Assembly (NCBI GenBank): GCA_049889175.1 | Contig: JBMHDW010000002.1 | Span: forward strand, 115,172 to 179,171 | Source of the DNA: Candidatus Comchoanobacterales bacterium | Lineage (GTDB): Bacteria > Pseudomonadota > Gammaproteobacteria > Comchoanobacterales > Comchoanobacteraceae | DNA length: 64,000 bases | Direction: 5' to 3' | Shown: in pieces, positions 36,245 to 45,490 of the stretch | Layout: every line of letters starts with the position of its first letter | Position numbering within the stretch: position 1 is the first letter of the stretch | Translations under genes and position numbers: made by a program | Notes under the pieces: generated by a model | What the model was told of the DNA's origin: nothing | Database searches by the model: none | The model's input: only the letters and a program-made list of their open reading frames with translations

Positions 36245-36575
36245 AACCCTTTTTACGCGTATCATTGAACGTCATATCCCTGCGGATATTGTTTATGAAG
36301 ATGAATTATGCATTGCCATTAAAGATATTATGCCTCAAGCCCCTGTTCATGTTTTATTAATTCCCAAAAAAGTCATTCCTAAGTTAAATGAAATGATTGA
36401 TGAGGATGCAGCACTAATGGGGCATCTTATGACTCGTATTCCTCAAATAACCCGATCGCTCTCATTGAGTGACTACCGTGTAGTGATTAACCACGGCGCA
36501 TCAGCAGGTCAAACAGTATTTCATCTACATATTCATATTCTCGGCGGACGCGATTTCCAATGGCCTCCAGGTTAG
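36222..36575 (+). CDS. HIT-family (HinT-like) nucleotide hydrolase
   Basis: Histidine triad HLHIHILGG, and N-terminus LFTRIIERHIPADIVYEDE. Confidence 0.88.
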   Translation: MSQFNEDKTLFTRIIERHIPADIVYEDELCIAIKDIMPQAPVHVLLIPKKVIPKLNEMIDEDAALMGHLMTRIPQITRSLSLSDYRVVINHGASAGQTVFHLHIHILGGRDFQWPPG

Positions 36576-37033
36576 TAGCGACCTTCTTTAAGTGCTTTTC
36601 CCTGATCTCGTTTCCATTCGCGTTCTTTGATATCTTGCCTTTTATCACGCTGGTTTTTACCAACGCACAATGCGATGCTGAGCTTAGCGCGTTGTTTACG
36701 TAGATGAAGGGTAAGTGGAATAATAGTTGCTTTTTTGCGAGTGACTGCGCCAAGTAATGTGTCAATTTCTTTGCGATGAAGTAATAATTTTCGGCGTCGA
36801 TTAGGTTCAGGGTTAAGATAAGCGGGTATGGTTGCTAGTGGTGTGATTTGTGATTGCAGCAACCATGCTTCATTATTCACGATGGTGACATATGATTCAG
36901 CAAGCTGACCATGTTTTTGTCGTAAACTTTTAATTTCCCATCCTTCTAAAACAATGCCGCACTCAAAGGTCTCTAACCAGTGGTAGTTGAACTTGGCTTT
37001 CCTACGGTTGTCGATCAAAATGGTGTCACTCAT
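36572..37033 (-). CDS. smpB: SsrA-binding protein SmpB
   Basis: NRRKAKFNYHWLETFECGIVLEGWEIKSLR and a basic C-terminal tail. About 153 aa. Confidence 0.92.
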   Translation of the reverse strand: MSDTILIDNRRKAKFNYHWLETFECGIVLEGWEIKSLRQKHGQLAESYVTIVNNEAWLLQSQITPLATIPAYLNPEPNRRRKLLLHRKEIDTLLGAVTRKKATIIPLTLHLRKQRAKLSIALCVGKNQRDKRQDIKEREWKRDQGKALKEGRY

Positions 37034-37094
37034 GCATGGTGTGTCTGGTTAATATGTGTTAGATTGTTTTGATCATAACGTTTTTTATTCATTT

Positions 37095-37517
37095 ATGCAA
37101 ACCATCGAACGTAAACAAATTGTGCCTTATTCCAGAGAACAAATGTATGATCTCGTTAATGATGTTGAGCGCTATCCAGAATTTATACCTTTGTGTCACC
37201 AAGGTGTTATACACGAGTGTGATTCACATCATATGTGTGCATCATTGGTTTTTGGTAGAGGCATGTTATCTGCTCAGTTGACAACCAATAATGTTTTGGC
37301 TCGACCAAGCCGAATTGAGATGAGCTTTGAATCAGGACCATTGGAAAGCCTCAAAGGGCTTTGGCAATTTACACAAGATGGCCAGCAAACACTTATTGAG
37401 TTCTCAGTTTCTTTTGAGATATCATCGGGTATGTTTATGCTAAAGCCAATGCTGACTAGTATTTTAGATACCATGGTAGCTCGATTTTGTGAGCGGGCTA
37501 AGGAAATATATGATTAA
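37095..37517 (+). CDS. ratA: RatA/Coq10-like SRPBCC protein
   Basis: VPYSREQMYDLVNDVERYPEFIPLC is typical of YfjG/RatA. The divergent-from-smpB arrangement matches E. coli. Confidence 0.8.
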   Translation: MQTIERKQIVPYSREQMYDLVNDVERYPEFIPLCHQGVIHECDSHHMCASLVFGRGMLSAQLTTNNVLARPSRIEMSFESGPLESLKGLWQFTQDGQQTLIEFSVSFEISSGMFMLKPMLTSILDTMVARFCERAKEIYD

Positions 37518-37779
37518 TGTAAAGGTGTTTTACAGTAAGGATGGCGAAAAGATACATACATGGTACGCTCACGTTAAGCCAGGTGCCACAGTTCGGATGG
37601 TGCTGCAGGATGTGCCGTGGCTTACAGAGATGCCGCAAGAGTCTATGGTTGGCATCTATGGTCATACAGCAACATTAGATACTGTATTGAATCATAATGA
37701 CCGCATTGAGCTATACGTGCCACTGATCATCGACGTTAAGGAAGCTAGGAAACTTAAGGTGGCTCAAAAGCGATCTTAA
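37510..37779 (+). CDS. rnfH: RnfH-family ubiquitin-like protein
   Basis: About 90 aa with ...NDRIELYVPLIIDVKEARK, immediately after ratA (the conserved pair). Confidence 0.75.
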   Translation: MINVKVFYSKDGEKIHTWYAHVKPGATVRMVLQDVPWLTEMPQESMVGIYGHTATLDTVLNHNDRIELYVPLIIDVKEARKLKVAQKRS

Positions 37780-37880
37780 CTATGATGAAAATAATAATGT
37801 AATGCATAAATCACTACAATAATTACAGCATAGGCTGCAAGATTAGCAATGAAGTATTGGAATGGGCCGAAATTTTTCAT
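37776..37880 (-). CDS. Small hydrophobic peptide 1 (34 aa): MKNFGPFQYFIANLAAYAVIIVVIYALHYYFHHS
   Basis: Hand-translated. It is a paralog of the adjacent 30-aa peptide, with a shared C-terminal H-x-Y-F-H-H motif and a single TM-like core. Weak RBS. Below the ORF-track cutoff. Confidence 0.4.
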   Translation of the reverse strand: MKNFGPFQYFIANLAAYAVIIVVIYALHYYFHHS

Positions 37881-37904
37881 TGAGAACTTTTAAGTTAAAT
37901 AGCA

Positions 37905-37997
37905 TTAATGATGAAAGTAATGGTGTACACCAAAAACAATCATTGCAACTATAAATGCGGTAACAATTCTTGCAATTAAATACTGATTAAAATTCAT
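37905..37997 (-). CDS. Small hydrophobic peptide 2 (30 aa): MNFNQYLIARIVTAFIVAMIVFGVHHYFHH
   Basis: Hand-translated. Good RBS AGGAG six nt upstream of the ATG. Tandem paralog of peptide 1. Confidence 0.5.
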   Translation of the reverse strand: MNFNQYLIARIVTAFIVAMIVFGVHHYFHH

Positions 37998-38023
37998 ATG
38001 AAACTCCTATTTTGTTAATATTA

Positions 38024-38159
38024 AGAGGCCGCAGGTAATCACGTGGGTTACTGGGGCGGTTGACCGGTATGACTGGGATTCTGCACCGTATGCAGCCTTC
38101 ACGCTCTATCACACTATAAGGTTTCCGCCAAGATTGTCATGTTAACAACCGCGACCTCT
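38024..38159. ncRNA. GC-rich structured element of about 135 nt (unclassified sRNA or 5' leader; strand unresolved)
   Basis: It stands out by eye as a GC-rich island in a very AT-rich 600-nt intergenic region. A closing helix pairs AGAGGCCGC with GCGACCTCT. Internal hairpins are GTAATC-ACGTG-GGTTAC and CTGCA-CCGTA-TGCAG, plus long-range GGCGG/CCGCC pairing. Confidence 0.4.
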
Positions 38160-38324
38160 GAAATCTTTATAGATCATAATTTAAAATTTGACATGAAATA
38201 ATTAAAAAATTTTCAAAAACACATTAAAAAATACGCTAAAGGTATTTTTTTGCGCGTTTAAGGGGTTTTTAATCGGGTTTGCCAGTGGAATTAAAGAAAA
38301 CTTAAGAAAAGTTTAAGGCCTGGT

Positions 38325-38353
38325 TTGACAAGTTGATAATGCAGTGAGATGAT
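38325..38353 (+). promoter_or_regulatory. Putative sigma70 promoter of the porin-like gene
   Basis: TTGACA (38325-38330), 17 nt spacer, GATGAT (38348-38353). It lies about 58 nt upstream of the ATG at 38412. Confidence 0.4.
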
Positions 38354-38411
38354 GAGCTTGCATCCAATTCTGGAAACAGAATGAATTCAAATGGTAAATA
38401 GGAGTTACGTA

Positions 38412-39638
38412 ATGTTAAATAAAAAATTAGTTGCAAGCACTGCAGCATTGTTAGCGATGCCCGCATTGTTTGGTTTAGTGAGTGTTCATGCGGGACAAGG
38501 TCCTGAAGCTTCAAAGGGCTGTGTTCCATTTGGAACGACAGGTTCGTTGAAATATGGTTTAGGCTCAACCGATAACCATGCTGATGCTGTTCATTATACC
38601 ACTGGTTCTTTGACCTTTTCTTCCACATGTGAAGATGGTGCTAGTAGTCGAGTGACATTTGGTCTTGGTGATACCGATCCAAAAGCCTCAACAGATACCA
38701 GCGCTACTTCGCTTGGAGAAAATGTTCACGTAGTGGCTGAATTTTCTGCCCCGGTTGCAGAAGGTGTTACTGTCGGCGTTACACATGTAGGAGCCGGTAT
38801 GAGTCCTAATGCTTTTGGTGAAGTGGGTGTTACTGATTATGATTCTGTAGGTAAAACTAAAACAACTAATAATGTTGTAGATTACCCAAGTTATGGAATA
38901 AATACACAAGATGGTCTTTTCTTAGTTGATGGGTTTGAAAGATCTGAGCTTGGTGTTTCTGGCCAAGTTGCTGGTGCTGTGTTAAATTTTGCACTTTCAA
39001 ATAACCACTCAGGCGATACGGATCAAGGTGTACCTAACTGGAGATTAAGCGGTGAATACGGTGTGATGGATGGCCTTACAGTTAAGGCTGGTATTGCTCA
39101 TATGGGTAAAGAACAAGAGTACTCAAGAAACGGAACTCAGAAAGCGGAAGCTGATGCTGATACTGAAATAGGTAAGAACAATACAGATGGTTCATATGCT
39201 CTGGGTGCAGAATACACTGGCTTTGATGGTATGAAAGTGACAGCGGGTTATAGACGTGATAAAATAACTAGTCGAAAATCAACTGCTGAAGGTAATACTG
39301 GTGTTGATGCAGTTGCTGCTGCTACAGCTAAAATGAATATGGATGATGTTTCAACATGGGCTCTTGGTCTTTCATTTACAGGTATTGACGGAGTCGAACT
39401 TGGAGCTGATGTTTACTTTGCAAAAGGAGCTTTTGAGAACCATGTAACAGGAGTAGGTAGTGCTGCGGCTGATGCTGTGGATACACCAGCAGAGTCTAAT
39501 GGTATGAGAGTCAATGCGAGTTATGCTGTAACTGACAATGTGACTTTAGGTGCTGTCTTTATGAATCAAGAGATGATAGTTAATGGTGGTTCTGAGAGTG
39601 CTAATTCTACTAATTTAACTCTCGGGTTTAAATTCTAG
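38412..39638 (+). CDS. Outer-membrane beta-barrel porin-like protein
   Basis: RBS taggag. Signal peptide MLNKKLVASTAALLAMPALFGLVSVHA. Gly/Thr/Ala-rich alternating strands. C-terminal ...LTLGFKF with a terminal Phe. Confidence 0.7.
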   Translation: MLNKKLVASTAALLAMPALFGLVSVHAGQGPEASKGCVPFGTTGSLKYGLGSTDNHADAVHYTTGSLTFSSTCEDGASSRVTFGLGDTDPKASTDTSATSLGENVHVVAEFSAPVAEGVTVGVTHVGAGMSPNAFGEVGVTDYDSVGKTKTTNNVVDYPSYGINTQDGLFLVDGFERSELGVSGQVAGAVLNFALSNNHSGDTDQGVPNWRLSGEYGVMDGLTVKAGIAHMGKEQEYSRNGTQKAEADADTEIGKNNTDGSYALGAEYTGFDGMKVTAGYRRDKITSRKSTAEGNTGVDAVAAATAKMNMDDVSTWALGLSFTGIDGVELGADVYFAKGAFENHVTGVGSAAADAVDTPAESNGMRVNASYAVTDNVTLGAVFMNQEMIVNGGSESANSTNLTLGFKF

Positions 39639-39679
39639 TATACCAAAGATTTCTAAGTTATTTAGATAATCATGAAAAA

Positions 39680-39702
39680 GGGAGCTTTTGCTCCCTTTTT
39701 TG
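39680..39702 (+). terminator. Intrinsic terminator after the porin-like gene
   Basis: GGGAGC-TTTT-GCTCCC followed by TTTTTTG. Confidence 0.8.
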
Positions 39703-39775
39703 TTATAGTAATAATAAAAATTTGATAATAATAATATCTCTGTTATGATAACTTCAATGATAACAGAGGATAATA

Positions 39776-40909
39776 ATGATATATTCGAAAAGAATAATAA
39801 CTTCAATGGTAATACTAGGCCTCAGTGCACCTTATATTGCACAAGCTGAAAACAACATCATGGATTTTGTAGGTGGTGAGGACTTTACATCATTGAAGAA
39901 TCTAAATAATCACGTTGGTTTTGCTGCTGATGTTACCATGACACAAAATGTGAGACAATCAGATCAACTCAATGAATACTGGACTCATTATGGTTTTAAT
40001 AAAGGTCAACTAGCGCCATCATGGATTGGAATATCATTGAATAATCTTTTCTTCTTACAGTTTGGACTTAATGATGGTGAAACTGAGAATGTTGATCATT
40101 ATGTTTATGATGATTGGTACTTTGGCGGACCTAATAATAGCTTTTATCTTCAGTTTGGGGATGATGAAACTTCTTTAATTGTTGGTAAGCATCAAAACCT
40201 CATCTCATCTGCATCTCGATACATGAAAAGTAACAACATGTATGCAATCGATAGAACCTGGGTTGATGTCCAAGGTAAATTTGGGCAAGAAAATCACTAT
40301 CTTCAAGTAAGTCAGCCTTTACTTGATGGCCAAAACGCATTTTTAACACAGTTACTTGTTGGCGATGATTCAGGTGGTATGGGCATTGAGGTCAGTGCAT
40401 CAAAAGATGCACAAGGTCATTTAGTTAATCAAGCTAGTTTTGGTCTTAATATGGCAATATCTAATCATTTAACATTATCTTCAGTTTTTTCTGCTCAGGG
40501 TGGTTACATAGCGATGAATCCATCTGTTGAGTTAATGACCAATAATACTGATCAAATACTTAATGGTGCAAGCGCATTATTAAGTATCGATTACCAAAAT
40601 GATATATTGTTTACAGGTTACAGTATTGGTGCTGCATCACAATATGACACACGAACTGGTGATAGCAATGAATTCTTTAGATCAAACTCATATATTGGGT
40701 TGGGCGATGATGAATTCAATATTACTTATTCTATTATGCAGCAGAATAATAACTGGTCAACTGAGTATCTAAATCAACAAGTGAAGTTGGGTATTGCGTT
40801 AGATGACCATTACTCATTAAACTTAGCTTATAATGATTACGCTATTGATGAACATAATGCTATTGGAAGTGGGCAAGTTTTTGAAAGCTCAATTCGATAT
40901 ACATTATAA
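39776..40909 (+). CDS. Putative outer-membrane beta-barrel protein
   Basis: Signal peptide ...MVILGLSAPYIAQA. Repeated aromatic and Gly-containing strand-like segments. No recognisable family. Confidence 0.5.
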   Translation: MIYSKRIITSMVILGLSAPYIAQAENNIMDFVGGEDFTSLKNLNNHVGFAADVTMTQNVRQSDQLNEYWTHYGFNKGQLAPSWIGISLNNLFFLQFGLNDGETENVDHYVYDDWYFGGPNNSFYLQFGDDETSLIVGKHQNLISSASRYMKSNNMYAIDRTWVDVQGKFGQENHYLQVSQPLLDGQNAFLTQLLVGDDSGGMGIEVSASKDAQGHLVNQASFGLNMAISNHLTLSSVFSAQGGYIAMNPSVELMTNNTDQILNGASALLSIDYQNDILFTGYSIGAASQYDTRTGDSNEFFRSNSYIGLGDDEFNITYSIMQQNNNWSTEYLNQQVKLGIALDDHYSLNLAYNDYAIDEHNAIGSGQVFESSIRYTL

Positions 40910-40948
40910 ATATTTGCACTTTAATGCTATATTTGTAACACTAGCAGC

Positions 40949-41656
40949 ATGAGATATTTGATTGCCACAGTTGCTTTTTTCATGCTGCCGTTACTCAGTT
41001 ATGCTGATTATTTTAATGATCTTCATGTAGGTGATGTCGGTCTGTTTCATCCTGATCATGAGACTATTCCTATGATGTTTAGTCGTGTGAATCTTAAAGA
41101 TGGACAAAATATAAAGCAAAAAACACTAGTTGGTCAATGGCCCGAAGAAAAATTAAAGGGAGTACAGTGGGATGATGGGCAGCAAAGAAAGTATGGATTC
41201 GGCCGAAACAAAAAAAATGTTTTTTTCTTACAAACTCACCAAGATGCTGTATTTTCCATGCCCATTCAATGGGATGTTGAATTACCGCTGTTTTCATTTA
41301 AAAATCGGTTTCATTCTAAGCTTAGCGCCTTGCAATCGCAATGGTTTTGGCGCGTCAATAACCATATAAGCATCTCGGAAAATGTTCGTTATGACCATCA
41401 TTGGCAAGGAAAAACAGTCTTTAAATATCGCAGTAGTCCTGTGGTGCATATTCAGCCTTCTCTAGGTCTTGAGCACGTATGGCAAGAGCATGACCAATGG
41501 CTAGGTGGTTTTGTATCACTCAATTATGTTACTAGTCCTAAGCACCAATATAGTCTTAGTGCTCATGCATCATCATTTAAGAATCACCATATGAAAGATA
41601 ATCAGTGGTATCATTATGATAGCTTATCATTCTATTCAAAGCATGTGTTAAAATAA
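40949..41656 (+). CDS. Secreted or outer-membrane hypothetical protein
   Basis: Signal peptide MRYLIATVAFFMLPLLSYA. His/Trp-rich. No recognisable family. Confidence 0.45.
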   Translation: MRYLIATVAFFMLPLLSYADYFNDLHVGDVGLFHPDHETIPMMFSRVNLKDGQNIKQKTLVGQWPEEKLKGVQWDDGQQRKYGFGRNKKNVFFLQTHQDAVFSMPIQWDVELPLFSFKNRFHSKLSALQSQWFWRVNNHISISENVRYDHHWQGKTVFKYRSSPVVHIQPSLGLEHVWQEHDQWLGGFVSLNYVTSPKHQYSLSAHASSFKNHHMKDNQWYHYDSLSFYSKHVLK

Positions 41657-41666
41657 AAATGATAAC

Positions 41667-42305
41667 CTATAAGCATTCATCATAAGCTAAGAAGTCATTG
41701 ATCGTGTTGAAATTGTGCCAAGATCCTTGGAGCAAAGAAGCATGAATAATATGCCCACCTTCGATGGCATTCTTCAATAGTCCACCTAGTGTTCGGTGAC
41801 GGAAAGTATTCACAGTTTTGGGGCTTAATATGCCTATGCCTGTATATGTCAGGTTTGGTTGTTCTAGGCTTAAATGTTGATGATGATTGATAGAGAAGTC
41901 ATGATGTTGATGTTGATGAAGCCAGATATGATCACCATGATGTTGGGGTAATGATGGCCATTCAAAAAAAACATCACCACTAATGATCCAAAATCGCTCT
42001 TGGATCAATGAAGATAGTTGTGTTAATGTGCCGCCTGTCTCCAATAAGTTATCAGCAGGCTCATCATGATAATGAATCGATAAGCCCCATTGATCACCAT
42101 CACCACAATAATCCTTAATTTGTTGACCTAGATAGCCAGGATTAAGCCATAAGTCTGTCACTCCATTGTTGGCAGCAGCTTGAAGAGTATAGCTCAAAAG
42201 TGGCTGTCCTTGGTGATTTAACAAAGGCTTTGGGGTAGCCAATGTCCACGGTCGTAAACGAGAGCCCAAGCCAGCAACAAAGACTACGGCATGTTTTACC
42301 AGCAT
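41667..42305 (-). CDS. murU: Nucleotidyltransferase, MurU-like (MurNAc-1-P uridylyltransferase)
   Basis: N-terminal AVVFVAGLGSRLRPWTLATPKPLL. Downstream of the amgK-like kinase and divergent from lptD, as in Pseudomonas. Confidence 0.6.
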   Translation of the reverse strand: MLVKHAVVFVAGLGSRLRPWTLATPKPLLNHQGQPLLSYTLQAAANNGVTDLWLNPGYLGQQIKDYCGDGDQWGLSIHYHDEPADNLLETGGTLTQLSSLIQERFWIISGDVFFEWPSLPQHHGDHIWLHQHQHHDFSINHHQHLSLEQPNLTYTGIGILSPKTVNTFRHRTLGGLLKNAIEGGHIIHASLLQGSWHNFNTINDFLAYDECL

Positions 42306-43228
42306 CCCCGCTCCTTGAATAATAATGCGGTTGAATGATGCTCGGAAAAATGAGTAAAAAGATCCTTCAAGTATGCAAACATTCTTGGTAAATATTGCAT
42401 ATACTTTGGTTTTTGATCACGGTATTTTAAACGACTAAAAATACCAAGAACTTTGATTAACCGTTGTAAAGCAATGAGGTCAATCTCATCACGTGCTAAT
42501 GATAATTGAGTTTGAGCTTGCTTTAGCCAGTTTTCTTTTTGATCTTGCGGCCAATCCATATAACAATCATAAGCTAATGATGCAACATCATACCCCTTCG
42601 GCCCCCACATCGCATCTTGAAAATCAATTAAAACCAAGTCATCTTGATAAGCCATTAAGTTGGCGCTATGAAAATCTCGATGAATGAACCCCTGATCAAA
42701 TTTAACCAATTGTTCTGCTACACTGTGTGAGAAGGCGTCAAATATTAGCGTCTCATCATGGCTTAATGCAGAAAAAGCATATCCAAAAAACCAATCCTTA
42801 CAATATTTAAATTCTTGTATGATGTGGTTCTGATTAAAAAAAGGCAGTGAGCGTGGTAATATGATCTGATTCATAGCAACTAATTGTTGCAATGTCCTAT
42901 CTAAATAATGTCCATGATCTAAAGGCCATAAATCCAAGAGTGTTTGAGTGCCTAAATCCTCAACCAACAGCCAGCCTTGTGTTTTTTCTATGGCGAAAAT
43001 TTGAGGAACATTGCATCCATTATGGGCCAATAATGTATGAATATTTAAGTATTGATCTAATGATTTAGGTTGATTGTCTTCAGCCCAAATAACTTGTCTA
43101 TCCTCAGATATTAAGCGAGTATATCGTCGATGACCAGCATCTCCTTTTAAGAGCTCTCGATGCTGTATGGGGCCAAAATTTTTATTCAACCAAATATTGC
43201 TTAACGAACAGGTTTTGTCGGTGTACAC
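42296..43228 (-). CDS. amgK: APH-fold sugar kinase, AmgK-like (anomeric MurNAc/GlcNAc kinase)
   Basis: FIHRDFHSANLM...LIDFQDAMWGPKGYDVASLAYDCY are the catalytic-loop and DFQ motifs typical of AmgK. Synteny with murU and lptD. Confidence 0.62.
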   Translation of the reverse strand: MYTDKTCSLSNIWLNKNFGPIQHRELLKGDAGHRRYTRLISEDRQVIWAEDNQPKSLDQYLNIHTLLAHNGCNVPQIFAIEKTQGWLLVEDLGTQTLLDLWPLDHGHYLDRTLQQLVAMNQIILPRSLPFFNQNHIIQEFKYCKDWFFGYAFSALSHDETLIFDAFSHSVAEQLVKFDQGFIHRDFHSANLMAYQDDLVLIDFQDAMWGPKGYDVASLAYDCYMDWPQDQKENWLKQAQTQLSLARDEIDLIALQRLIKVLGIFSRLKYRDQKPKYMQYLPRMFAYLKDLFTHFSEHHSTALLFKERGCW

Positions 43229-43246
43229 TGTAATGAACTTTCCTTA

Positions 43247-45490
43247 TTGAACTTACTTATGCTAACACGCATTGTCAATCAACTCAAATACTCTTACTGC
43301 ATACTCTGCTGCGTACCTTACGCCGTGTTTGCGTTGGATGTTTTTTCATGGGAGCCAAATGATGGGCGCTGTGGTGGGCAGTTTCTTCCTGTTAAACAAA
43401 ACTACCCACTGGAAGGAAACGATATTGAGCTTGTTGCTAGCGATCAAACCACCATTAAGCCTGGCGATCACGTCATTGATATGAGTGGTCCTGTAATGCT
43501 AACAAAAAAAGATTTATACGTTATTTCTGAGCAAGGTGTGCTGATCCATTATGAACAGGGTAAACAATGGGTGACTTTGAAAGGGCCTATTTTAATGCAA
43601 TATGGCAATCAACAGTTTGGTGCATCGAAAGGCGTTTATCATGTTGATCAACAAACCATTCAACTCCACGATGTTCAATATCGAACGAATATCCAGCATC
43701 TTGAAGATCAGCCAATTCTTTGGGGTAGTGCCAAAGAATTAACCTACGACCAAAATATTGTACTCACTGAAGCAACTTATAGCTCATGCTCTTTGGATCA
43801 ACCTACTTGGCAAATAGCCTTAAAAGAACTAAAGTTTAATCAAAAGACCAATGAGCTTGATGTTAAAGGTGCACAGTTAAAGTGGTTAGATCATACTTTA
43901 ATTCAGTTGCCTATTATCTCTGTAGATCTAACAATGCAACGCCGAAGTGGATTTTTAATGCCAAAATGGCGTTATGACGATCATCACTGGGCTATTGATA
44001 TTCCATGGTATTGGAATATCGCACCTAATACCGATGCAACATTACATGGTTTGTGGTCAGACCAATATGGTTTTGGTGGTGCTGTGTTGTGGCGCTATTT
44101 GCAACCTTGGGGCGAAGGGTCTGCTGAATTGGGTGGTTATGCTCAGTCGACAGAATTAAGTACAGGCTCATCCCACCGAAGCTGGCTTGGTCATGAGATT
44201 AAAGCAGAACGTAATCATTGGTCATTTACATCACAATATTATTGGTTGGAAGACCCTTTAATAATAAGAGATTTTGAAGTTTTTTCAGAGTTAAGTCACG
44301 ACTATAATTTGCCACAAAATTTTCAAATTGGCTATCATAATGACGATGATTTCATCCGTGTTGGTATTCATGATTATCAATTTTTATCTATTCCTAATGA
44401 TATGGATCATATTCAAAGGTATGCTTCATGGCCAAAGATATCTAGCCATGTAGAACGTCAGTTAAGTTCACAAATATTCTTGGCAAGTGATCTTGAGGCA
44501 TCATGGTTTAAACATGACACCCGTGATGAATATAGGCGTTTATACTGGCACCCACAATTCATTTGGTCACAGAATCAAGATGGTCAAGTTTGGACATTAG
44601 AAATGCTTGGTCATTTGCGTGATTATCAACAAACCAATGGAAATGATCATCAAACTGATGTCTTACCTGAGCTTTTAGCCTCTTGGCAAGCACCGCCAAT
44701 TGTTATAGATAAGCATATTATTCATCCAAGTATTGTTTATCATTATACACCTTATCATAATCAGGATAATCTTCCTTTGTTGGATACGACAACATTTAAT
44801 GTTGATGGATTATTACATCCTGATATTAATGTTTATGATGGTCATGACTTGATCTCTAATTACAATGATCTCACTGCCTCTTTAGGGTTTGGTCATCAAG
44901 ATGATGATCATTATTGGTGGGTTGATGTTGCTTTAGGGTATCGTTTTGGTGATCAACAAGTATGTATGAAAACAAGACCAGGCGTTAAGAGTCATCAATG
45001 CAATAATGTGAATCATGAGCATTGGCTACCTATATCATGGCATCATGAATGGCAGCCCACTTTATCTTGGTTAATTCAAGATCAATTAAACTACGATGCA
45101 TCATTACATAACATTCATCAAGGTTTGATACGCTTGCAATATAGCATCGATGAGCATAACAAAACAGGTATTTTTATTGCTCAAAAAAATGATGTTGTTC
45201 ATGAAATTAATGGGATAAACGTAACCGAATTATTTGATCATGCTACCATCGGTATTGATCATCATTTTGATAATAATGTACTTACTTGGGATGTGTCAGC
45301 AGAGTTATTAAACAGTGATAAAAAAGCCATCTCATACGATGTGTTATTGGGCTATCAAGGTTGTTGTTCATCATCAGGTATAAAAGTTTCACAGCGTGCT
45401 GTTGCATTGAGTGATGAATGGGATGCTTGGGCTTCTCCTAACATTGGTTTATGGATAAAATTAGATGGGTTAGGTCGATGGGGTTTTTAA
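43247..45490 (+). CDS. lptD: LPS-assembly outer-membrane protein LptD
   Basis: About 745 aa. OstA-like N-terminal domain and a large barrel (RSGFLMP, WYWNIAPNTDATL). Followed by surA-like and rsmA. The start is uncertain (TTG at 43247 or ATG at 43259). Confidence 0.85.
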   Translation: MNLLMLTRIVNQLKYSYCILCCVPYAVFALDVFSWEPNDGRCGGQFLPVKQNYPLEGNDIELVASDQTTIKPGDHVIDMSGPVMLTKKDLYVISEQGVLIHYEQGKQWVTLKGPILMQYGNQQFGASKGVYHVDQQTIQLHDVQYRTNIQHLEDQPILWGSAKELTYDQNIVLTEATYSSCSLDQPTWQIALKELKFNQKTNELDVKGAQLKWLDHTLIQLPIISVDLTMQRRSGFLMPKWRYDDHHWAIDIPWYWNIAPNTDATLHGLWSDQYGFGGAVLWRYLQPWGEGSAELGGYAQSTELSTGSSHRSWLGHEIKAERNHWSFTSQYYWLEDPLIIRDFEVFSELSHDYNLPQNFQIGYHNDDDFIRVGIHDYQFLSIPNDMDHIQRYASWPKISSHVERQLSSQIFLASDLEASWFKHDTRDEYRRLYWHPQFIWSQNQDGQVWTLEMLGHLRDYQQTNGNDHQTDVLPELLASWQAPPIVIDKHIIHPSIVYHYTPYHNQDNLPLLDTTTFNVDGLLHPDINVYDGHDLISNYNDLTASLGFGHQDDDHYWWVDVALGYRFGDQQVCMKTRPGVKSHQCNNVNHEHWLPISWHHEWQPTLSWLIQDQLNYDASLHNIHQGLIRLQYSIDEHNKTGIFIAQKNDVVHEINGINVTELFDHATIGIDHHFDNNVLTWDVSAELLNSDKKAISYDVLLGYQGCCSSSGIKVSQRAVALSDEWDAWASPNIGLWIKLDGLGRWGF

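Noticed and set aside
38024-38159. Identification of the GC-rich element as SRP (4.5S) RNA, 6S RNA, RNase P RNA, or a cobalamin, fluoride, ZTP or guanidine riboswitch.
   Set aside because: The conserved cores I remember are absent or only loosely similar. These include the SRP GGAA tetraloop with AGCAGCC, the RNase P GAGGAAAGUCC, the B12 box, the fluoride GAUGG...CUGAUGA core, and the ZTP ACUGGCG...CCGCCUGGGC core. The element is left unclassified.
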